From contig DAHVCH010000001.1 of the NCBI GenBank assembly GCA_027314165.1, positions 108,590-172,589 on the forward strand: DNA of 64,000 nucleotides. The letters run 5' to 3'. The translations under genes were made by a program, and so were the position numbers. Below are positions 28,994-36,707 of this stretch, piece by piece; position 1 is the first letter of the stretch; every line of letters begins with the position of its first letter. The notes under the pieces are model-generated. The model did not search any database and had not been told where the DNA came from. It saw nothing but the letters and a program-made list of their open reading frames with translations. This DNA is from Thermoplasmata archaeon (GTDB lineage Archaea; Thermoplasmatota; Thermoplasmata; Lutacidiplasmatales; UBA184).

Positions 28994-30595
28994 ATGGCCG
29001 CCCCGTACCAACCCCCGCCGCCCCCTCCCTCCGATCGACCCCTCTCCGATCAGGGAAGCGCGGGTCCGCAGTCCATGCAGGGCTCCTGGGGTACGACCTC
29101 GGGGCCTACGCAGCGCCCCCGCCACGTCCTGGTGCTCGACATCTCGAAGAGCATGCTCGCTCCCCTTCCGGACCCCAGCGACCCCAGCCGGGTCCGGAGG
29201 AAGATCGAGGTCGCCCGGGCCGCGACCTACCGCATCTTCGAGACGGTCCAGTCCCAGGGAGCGATGTTCGGGCTGGTCATCTTCAACAACGTGGCCCACG
29301 TCGCGATCCCCCTCACCGAGATCCGTCCGGAGATCCGCCCCGCGCTCGACAATCTGGTGGCTCTCCTGCCCCCGAAGGGACGGTCCGCGATCTGGGACGC
29401 GCTCGCCCTGGGCGCGGACCTGCTGCGCGTAGAGGGCGGAGCGACCCACGGGAACCTCGTCCTGGTGACCGACGGGTGGGACAACATGTCGCAACGGTTC
29501 GGGGCCCCCGGCATCGACCTGCCCCCGCCCCCACCCCCGGGGTCCCCTCCGGGAACTTCCCCCCCTCCTCGCGCCGACATCCTCGCCTACCTTCTCACCC
29601 AGGGCAGCAGGCTCGGGCTCCGCATCATCGGGATCGGGAGCGGCGTCGAACGGGACAAGGGGGTCGACTCCCAGAGGATGCGCGCCTTCACGGACGCCTA
29701 CGCCGCCCGGACCCAGGCGTGGAGACTGGGCTGCACCGTCTCCTACGAGGAGGTCACGACGAGCGAGGAGCTCTTCTCCCGCATGGTCCAGGCGTTCGTC
29801 GACATCCCATTCGAGGACGCCATGGCGGTGGAGAACCTCCACCCCGACGAACTGGCAGAGGCGGCAGCCTCGGCCGCCCGGGCGCTGCGCGACTCCGACG
29901 GGAAACGCAGCGTGGTGGGCCACCTGGCTTCCGGCAAAGGTACCGGCGCCGCCGGGAGCCCCGCCCCCGGGACCCCCTCCCAGCCGGGGATGGAGGTCGA
30001 CATCCTGAGCCCGCAGGCCGGTCACTCCGCGGTGAACCTGAGGGACCGTTACGGGCCCCTGGGAGAGGTCGCGGAGGCGTACATGGCCCGCGATTGGGCC
30101 AGGGCCCAGGCCATCCTGTACCAGAAGGGAGGCCTCATCGCCCCCGTCACCCGGTTCTACTGGCAGGCGCGCGTCTACTTCGCGCAAGGAGAGAAGGGGG
30201 AGGCGGGCCGCTACCTAGCGCAAGCCTGGTCGGAGGCCGAGGCGCTACCCGTCGCGGACCGGGGCCGGGTCGTCCGCCGGCTCGCGCTGCTCCAGGCCAA
30301 GGTCACCGGCGACAGGGAGACGGAGAGCCTGGTCAGCTTCTACGACGCGGCCGAGACGAAGGCCCGGTCGCTGGGCAGCGGGCTCGGCGACAAGCTCGAA
30401 CGGATGTTCGACCGCATCCTGGCGCTGAGGGGCACCTACGCGACGGTGAAGGGAGGGGGCGCGGCCGCCCACGAGGAGCTCGTGGAGGAGATCTTCGGAC
30501 TGCTCCAGGACGCCCGCCTCGCCAACACCCAACGCGAGCCCGCCATCGACGCGTTCCTGGACTTCGTGGAGATCGCCCTCGCAGAGATGCGGTAG
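28994..30595 (+). CDS. vWA (MIDAS) domain protein with C-terminal helical/TPR-like region
   Basis: VLVLDISKSM, GRSAIWDAL, VLVTDGWDN, IIGIG. Confidence 0.85.
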   Translation: MAAPYQPPPPPPSDRPLSDQGSAGPQSMQGSWGTTSGPTQRPRHVLVLDISKSMLAPLPDPSDPSRVRRKIEVARAATYRIFETVQSQGAMFGLVIFNNVAHVAIPLTEIRPEIRPALDNLVALLPPKGRSAIWDALALGADLLRVEGGATHGNLVLVTDGWDNMSQRFGAPGIDLPPPPPPGSPPGTSPPPRADILAYLLTQGSRLGLRIIGIGSGVERDKGVDSQRMRAFTDAYAARTQAWRLGCTVSYEEVTTSEELFSRMVQAFVDIPFEDAMAVENLHPDELAEAAASAARALRDSDGKRSVVGHLASGKGTGAAGSPAPGTPSQPGMEVDILSPQAGHSAVNLRDRYGPLGEVAEAYMARDWARAQAILYQKGGLIAPVTRFYWQARVYFAQGEKGEAGRYLAQAWSEAEALPVADRGRVVRRLALLQAKVTGDRETESLVSFYDAAETKARSLGSGLGDKLERMFDRILALRGTYATVKGGGAAAHEELVEEIFGLLQDARLANTQREPAIDAFLDFVEIALAEMR

Positions 30596-30653
30596 GGTCT
30601 CGGGGGCCAAAGCATATCATGAACGTTCACGTGAGAAGAAGGAGCCCTCCAAG

Positions 30654-32033
30654 ATGAGCCCCCCCAACCCCACGAAAGGTGCGAACAAGAAGCGACCCGC
30701 CGACGCGGCCGCGGCTCCGCCGGCGCCTGCTCCCGCGCCGCCTCCCCCTGCGCGCGCGCCCGCCCCCGAGCCTGCACCGGCCCCGACCGCGCCCGGCGAA
30801 GCTCCGGTCGAGCCGGAACCCGCCATCCCGGCGCCCGTGGTCCGCAAGGTCGTCCCAGGGTCCGTTCCACCCCCGGAGAGGAGGGCCCCGCCGCCACCCC
30901 CCATCCGCCCACGAAAGGCCCCGGAGCCGGAACCGCCGGAACCTCCGCCGATCGGGGCCAAGATCGCCGTGGTCGGGATCCCCGCTTCGGGGAAGACCAC
31001 CTACTTCCGCTACCTCTCCGGTCACTTCGGGCTGAACCTGCCTCTGGTCTACGTCCCCAGCCGCTCCGGCTCGGTCATCCCCCTCTTCGGGGACATCGGG
31101 AACGAGGTGGTGATGGAGGAGACCACCTACGAGTCCGACCCCAACAATCCCGCCGCGGCGATGGACACCACGACGCGCCTCTACGTCAATCGGCCGATGG
31201 AGGACCCCACGCGGCTCTTCGTGGAGCTCGCGCAGGGACAGGAGGAGCAGGGGATCCTGACCAAGTATCCCCTTCCGACGAAGTACAACCAGTTCGTCGA
31301 GATGAAGCTCAACTTCCGGTACGGGGTCGCGGGGAACCTCGCCCAGGCGAAGCCGATGGTCCTTAGGACCGTCGACGAGGCCGGGGGGATCATCTCGGAC
31401 TACTTCACCTACGACCGCCTGTGGATCAACGCTCCTACCGAGGAGGTCCCGGTCGAGAAGTGCCGGGTCATCCCGCGCTTCGACACCTGGAAGCCCGACC
31501 GCCAGGAGCTCTGGCGACGCGGGCTCACCCTGATGGGAAGGTTCACCGTCGACGCCGACGGCATCATCCTTCTCCTCACCCCGCAGCTGGGCTCGCTCAG
31601 GGACAGCGCCCAGCAGGTGAACCTCGCGCGGGGGGTCTTCCGGTACGCGCGGCAGCGGGGCATCCCCGTGGTGATCGCGATATCGAAGGCCGACCTGCTG
31701 AAGGAGTTCTACCTCGAGGTGGAACAGGTCCTGACCAATCGCGGGTACCTCTCAGGGTTCGACAGCAACCGGTTCCTCACCGAGCGCGACGGAAGCGGGC
31801 TCGGGAGCATTCTCGCGGCCCAGGAGGGCCGCGGGTTCTCCACGAAGGAGGACGCCTACCTGGTCGCCTCGGCGATCTCCACGGGAGAGGGACGACCTCT
31901 CCTCTACGGGGACACGGCGGACGTCGACCTCAACAACGGTGCGACCGCGGGAGTGCCCGTGATGGTCAACACGACGCTCCCCCTCGCCCGGATCTGCGAG
32001 CGCGTGCTGACCGAGCGCGGCGACCTGAGCTAG
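30654..32033 (+). CDS. TRAFAC-class P-loop GTPase with Pro-rich N-terminus
   Basis: G1 KIAVVGIPASGKTT, G3 DEAG, ADGIILL strand, G4 SKAD, G5-like SAI; GAAGGAG RBS. Confidence 0.82.
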   Translation: MSPPNPTKGANKKRPADAAAAPPAPAPAPPPPARAPAPEPAPAPTAPGEAPVEPEPAIPAPVVRKVVPGSVPPPERRAPPPPPIRPRKAPEPEPPEPPPIGAKIAVVGIPASGKTTYFRYLSGHFGLNLPLVYVPSRSGSVIPLFGDIGNEVVMEETTYESDPNNPAAAMDTTTRLYVNRPMEDPTRLFVELAQGQEEQGILTKYPLPTKYNQFVEMKLNFRYGVAGNLAQAKPMVLRTVDEAGGIISDYFTYDRLWINAPTEEVPVEKCRVIPRFDTWKPDRQELWRRGLTLMGRFTVDADGIILLLTPQLGSLRDSAQQVNLARGVFRYARQRGIPVVIAISKADLLKEFYLEVEQVLTNRGYLSGFDSNRFLTERDGSGLGSILAAQEGRGFSTKEDAYLVASAISTGEGRPLLYGDTADVDLNNGATAGVPVMVNTTLPLARICERVLTERGDLS

Positions 32034-32042
32034 GGGCGGGGC

Positions 32043-34640
32043 ATGGACGCGCCCAGGCCCGTGCCCGCTCCAGGGACCCCCGCGGCTCCCTCGAGACCGG
32101 CCGGGGCGGGTCCGTCCGGCGGAAAGGACCGGGGACTGGTCTCCGTCGTCTGGTGCCGCCAAGTGGACAACGAGGCCGAGAGCCCGGGATACACGACGGT
32201 CCCGACGGAGTTCCCGGGCCGGAAGGAGACGCTGGACACCGTCCGGGTCGTCGGGAACCTCGCGATCAACGCGGCCGACACCCACGACTACTGGGACCCG
32301 GACCCCACGAGCAAGCTCGCCTACTACCACAACCTGTTCCTCTATCCCGCGAACGGAGGGCAGTACCTCTGCCTGGGCCGGATGTTCCTCTCCACCGAGG
32401 ACCGACCTCGGCTCGGGATGAAGACGCTCATCCTGGACGCCTCCGCGCTGCTCGAGTCGGAGAACCTCGGGCTCGTCCTGCGGCGATGGTACAGCTCCAT
32501 GGGCAATCCCGGTCGCGGCGCGCAGACGGAGGGGCGGGCCGACCCCGCGATGATGGACGCCCTCTCCGACGCGTTCGTGTTCCTACGGCTGGACCCCGGC
32601 CGGCCGTTGGTGGGTCTGGTCTCGGACAACTTCCACGACGCGGTCGAGGGAGTGCTCACGCTGCTCGAGCGCATGCCCTCCTCCGTTGCCCTTCTCGGAG
32701 GGTGTCTCATCTTCCCGTACTTCCTCCCCGTGGGACGGGTCCAAGTGGCGGAGTTCGCCGAGACCTTCCCGCTGACCCTGGCCCTCGCCCGGATCCCCCG
32801 CAACGAGGCGGGGGGAGACCGCCACGTGAAGCGCGTCTCGGCTTGGGCCTCCCAGGGCGTCCACCTCCTCGACCTGACCCAGGGGCTCCCATCTGAGGTC
32901 CGTTCCCGCCCCGCGGCCGGCCCTCCGATCTCCTGGTGGTGCAAGGGCGACCGGCCGGAACTGATCAACGACCTGCGGAGAGCGGTGGACCGCGTCGAGC
33001 TCCCCCGCCTCCGAGAGTCGGAGCAGAAGGGGAGCCTCCGGAGCGGGTCGGAGCGGCGCCGGGAACTTGCCCGGCTCGCCTCCGCCATGAGCTCGATCTC
33101 GCTCGCGCTGCAGAGGCCTCCCTCGGAGCGGTCGACCCTGGGCGTGGAGGTCCTCCGCACCGTGCAGCCCTACCTCCAAGCGCTCTCCGCAACGGCCGGG
33201 TCTCCCGCAGAAGGGGTACGCACTCCGGGAACCCTTCCCGAAGCCCCATCCACCGGGCCTGCCGCGCCTTCCGTGGTCCCGGTGGGCGGCATCGTCGTGA
33301 CCCCGCCCTTGGGGATGCCCCCGAAGAGTTCGAGCTCGCAGGAGGAGCCCCCCTGGCGCAGGGCTCCTCGGCTCCGTCCGGAGCGGTCGGAGGTGGTGCC
33401 CGTCCCTCGGGGGGCCCCCGGGGGCGAGGGGCCCCCCGGGGACGAACGGGTGGGCGCCGGGTCGGCGGCCGCTCCTCCCGTGCCACCGGGCGTCGACCGA
33501 AACCCTCCGTACGGCGACCTCGCCGGGGCGTCGCCGCCCCCCGCCGCGGTACCCGGCCTGCCGCCCGCGCTCCTCGAGGAGCTCCGGTCGTACATCGACT
33601 CCCGGATCGGAGAGTCCCGCGTGCGCGTCGGCGACCTCGACCCCGACGTGGTCGGCGGGCTCGAGCGTGATCTGGAACGGCGACTGGAAGCGCGCGCGCG
33701 GCTCCTCGTTTCCCCAGAGGCGCTGGAGGCGCGGGTCGTGGAGATCCTGGCCCGAAGGCCCCCCCCACCCGCACCGGACCCCCAGGACCTCCTGAACGAC
33801 GCGACCAGGGGCGCCCTGGCCGAGGTCGTGGACGCCCTCGTTGCCGAACGAATGGCGGACGCGACCGCAGGCGGCAACGCGGGAGCCTCCTCGTCGGCCG
33901 AGGACGACCTCTCGAGGTTGGACGACCGCGTGGTGGCGCTCCTTTCGAAGGACCCGGACGACCGGCGCGTCGCGGCCTTGCTCGACCAGCGCATCCAGGA
34001 CTACGTCGCCTCCTCCGCGCAGGCGGACCGAAAGGCGACGGACGACCGTCTCGACCTCATCCTGAAGGAGCTCCAGTTGCGGGCGAAGTCCCAGACGGAG
34101 CTCGAGGCGACCATCCGGTCCGAGGTCCGGTTCCTGGACGAGAAGCTCCAGACGCTGATGGGTCGGATGATCCCGCTGCTGAAGCGGACCTGGCTCAAGA
34201 TCGACGAGCTCGAGAAGCGCCCCGCCGGCGCGGGGGGCGCCTCCGATCAGAAGATGAAGCGCCTGCGCGACGAGCTCTGGAGGGAGATGAAGCGCATGGA
34301 GATCGACCTCTCGGAGCGCACGCGCCTCATCCTCGACCGGGTCGAAGGGAACATCCAGAACCAGGGGAAGCTCTGGCTGACGCTGGTGGGCCAGCTGTCC
34401 TCGCTCGCCGAGCAGCGGCGCGAACTGGAGAAGATCGTGCACGAGTCGAAAGAGGACTTCGAGGTTCCCGCGGAGGACGGCCCCCTGCAGGTCCCAGAGG
34501 AGACCTCGGAGGAAGACCGGGCGGACGAGGCCCCGAAGCCGACGACCACCGCGGCGCAAACAGGGAAGGCGACCGCGCAGAGGAACAGGGGGACCGAGAA
34601 GGACCCTGCTCCTTCGAACCGGACCGCGCGGGCCAAGTAA
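32043..34640 (+). CDS. Large GTPase-associated protein: GAP1-N1-like N-terminus, Pro-rich linker, C-terminal coiled coil
   Basis: 9 nt after GTPase stop; YPANGGQYLCLGRMFLSTEDRPR motif; heptad-rich C-terminal third. The CDS is solid, the domain call is by recall. Confidence 0.65.
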   Translation: MDAPRPVPAPGTPAAPSRPAGAGPSGGKDRGLVSVVWCRQVDNEAESPGYTTVPTEFPGRKETLDTVRVVGNLAINAADTHDYWDPDPTSKLAYYHNLFLYPANGGQYLCLGRMFLSTEDRPRLGMKTLILDASALLESENLGLVLRRWYSSMGNPGRGAQTEGRADPAMMDALSDAFVFLRLDPGRPLVGLVSDNFHDAVEGVLTLLERMPSSVALLGGCLIFPYFLPVGRVQVAEFAETFPLTLALARIPRNEAGGDRHVKRVSAWASQGVHLLDLTQGLPSEVRSRPAAGPPISWWCKGDRPELINDLRRAVDRVELPRLRESEQKGSLRSGSERRRELARLASAMSSISLALQRPPSERSTLGVEVLRTVQPYLQALSATAGSPAEGVRTPGTLPEAPSTGPAAPSVVPVGGIVVTPPLGMPPKSSSSQEEPPWRRAPRLRPERSEVVPVPRGAPGGEGPPGDERVGAGSAAAPPVPPGVDRNPPYGDLAGASPPPAAVPGLPPALLEELRSYIDSRIGESRVRVGDLDPDVVGGLERDLERRLEARARLLVSPEALEARVVEILARRPPPPAPDPQDLLNDATRGALAEVVDALVAERMADATAGGNAGASSSAEDDLSRLDDRVVALLSKDPDDRRVAALLDQRIQDYVASSAQADRKATDDRLDLILKELQLRAKSQTELEATIRSEVRFLDEKLQTLMGRMIPLLKRTWLKIDELEKRPAGAGGASDQKMKRLRDELWREMKRMEIDLSERTRLILDRVEGNIQNQGKLWLTLVGQLSSLAEQRRELEKIVHESKEDFEVPAEDGPLQVPEETSEEDRADEAPKPTTTAAQTGKATAQRNRGTEKDPAPSNRTARAK

Positions 34641-34732
34641 CCGCCCCCCGCAGCCCGTGAAAGGGGACCCTGGCGAGCGACGGGAGCGCGGACGCGCGCT
34701 CCGCTGGGCGGATTCGGGCCCCGACAATCAAC

Positions 34733-35665
34733 ATGGGCATGAGCGGCCTCGACCACGGAATGGCGCGGACCCTCCTGCCCCCCATCGCCCCGAGGCTCAA
34801 CGAGGTCGGCCCCAGGGAGCGCACGGAGCTGGCGGGCTGGATCGAGGACAGTCCTCGCGTGGCCCTTGCCCTGGGGAGCCTGATCGGCGGTCTATCCCGC
34901 GCGTATGTCGTGGGGGACGCCTCGTGTCCCAGGGCCGCGGTGATCCATATCGCGGAGGCCACCGCCGAGCCTGAGGTCCTTGGAGGCGATCCTGCGGCGG
35001 CGTGGTCCATCCTCTCCCGGCTGCCGGGATGGCAACGGCCCCATCTGCTGTCCGACGGGCTGGCGGACCCTCTCTGCCACCTCATGGAGAGCGAACTCAA
35101 GGTGCCCGTGCGGCGAGAGAAGGACCTGCAATACGTCCTCAAGACCGACCCCCTGGACCACCGGGACGCTCGCGTTCGGCGGATCACGACCGCGGACCTG
35201 GAGGTCGTCGAGCGATCGGACCGCTTGACCCAGCCTCGCGGGCATGGCGATGTCCGCACCACTCTCTCTCGGGGGGTGGTGGGCGGGGCCGTAGTGGGAG
35301 ACCGCCTGGTCTCCTCGGTGATGTCCTGCGCCTGGGGAGGTGTCCACGTGAACCTCGGAGCGGCCACGGCCAAGGACTGGAGAGGTCAGGGACTGGCTTC
35401 GGCGGAGACCGTCCTGGTCTGCCGGGCGCTCCAAGAGCGCGGGCTGCGGCCCTGCTGGTGCACGGGCCCGCAGAACATGGCGTCCCAACGCGTCGCCGAG
35501 AAGGTGGGGTTCGAGCTCGTGCAAGGGGGAGAGTACCTCATCCCGGAGGGACCGCCTGGTCAGGCCCTCGGTCCGCGCGCCCCCGAGACGAAAGGACCCC
35601 ACCGCGGTGCGCAGCCGACACGAAAGGATATCTCCCGATACCGCCCGCCAAGAATCGGTCCATGA
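34733..35665 (+). CDS. GNAT-family acetyltransferase
   Basis: T..DWRGQGLA, N.ASQRVAEKVGF. Confidence 0.8.
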   Translation: MGMSGLDHGMARTLLPPIAPRLNEVGPRERTELAGWIEDSPRVALALGSLIGGLSRAYVVGDASCPRAAVIHIAEATAEPEVLGGDPAAAWSILSRLPGWQRPHLLSDGLADPLCHLMESELKVPVRREKDLQYVLKTDPLDHRDARVRRITTADLEVVERSDRLTQPRGHGDVRTTLSRGVVGGAVVGDRLVSSVMSCAWGGVHVNLGAATAKDWRGQGLASAETVLVCRALQERGLRPCWCTGPQNMASQRVAEKVGFELVQGGEYLIPEGPPGQALGPRAPETKGPHRGAQPTRKDISRYRPPRIGP

Positions 35666-36580
35666 GCCCCCGAAGGAAACCCCCGCGGGCGCGCCTCCTC
35701 GACGAGCGGGTGCGGCGATACTACCTCGGATACGACGAGGAGGGACGTCTCGCGAAGGACCCGTTCCATCGCCTGGAGTTCGACACGACGCTGCGGTACC
35801 TGGAGCGCGTCCTCCCCCCCCCGCGGCCACATCTTGGACGCAGGGAGCGGACCGGGGCGATACGCGGTGGCACTCGCCCGACGGGGGCACACCGTGTCCC
35901 TGATCGACCTCATGCCGGAACACGTGGAGGCCGCGCGGCGTGCAGCCGCACGAGCTGGGGTCGCGCCCGATCTCCTCGACTTGCGGTCGGGTTCGTTGGA
36001 CGACCTGTCTTTCTTCCCCGATTCGGGGTTCGCAGGGGTTCTGTGCCTCGGGTCGGCGCTCGGCCACCTTGTGGACCCGGTCCGTCGGGCCCGCGCCTTG
36101 CGTGAGCTCTTTCGCGTCGCACGCCCGGGAGCCCCGGTCTTCGTCTCGGTCATCGGCCGGCTCTGTCTGCTCGGCTCCAGCATGCTCGCCAACCCCGGAG
36201 AGTGGCAGGTGGACCCGGCGATGTACCGCCGCATCGAGCGAACAGGGGACTACGACGGCCATCGGGGGTTCGCGCCCTGCCACTTCTTCCTGGTCGAAGA
36301 GCTTCAGGAAGAGATGCGAAAGGCCGGCCTCACGATCGAGACCACCGTCGGGCTCCAGGGGCTCGTCCCACCCTACCCCAAGCAGATCTCCTCTGCCGCC
36401 CGAAGATACCCCAAGGCGTTCCGGGCCTGGTTGGAACTCCTCTACAGGTCCTGCGAAGACCCCGCGGTCGTGCCCTTCAGCCAGCACTTTCTCGTGATAG
36501 GGCGGAGGCCCGGGAGTCTCCCGGTCGGTCCGGAGGGACGTGGGGGACGGTCCCGCCGCGATTCGCGGACCTCCGGATGA
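35662..36580 (+). pseudogene. Class I SAM methyltransferase interrupted by a frameshift in a C9 tract
   Basis: MSPRR...LEFDTTLRYLERVLPP in one frame and ILDAGSGPGRY in the next; removing one C from 35814-35822 fuses them. Confidence 0.75.
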
Positions 36581-36707
36581 TGGATGGGCGGTCCGGAGCA
36601 GGACCGGGAACCCCTCGCCGGCTTTCGACCGAGAAGCAAGGAGAGAGCGTGAGCGGCGACAATTCACGCGTACATTCCTTAATATCAATGGGACCGGTCG
36701 TGAACTC

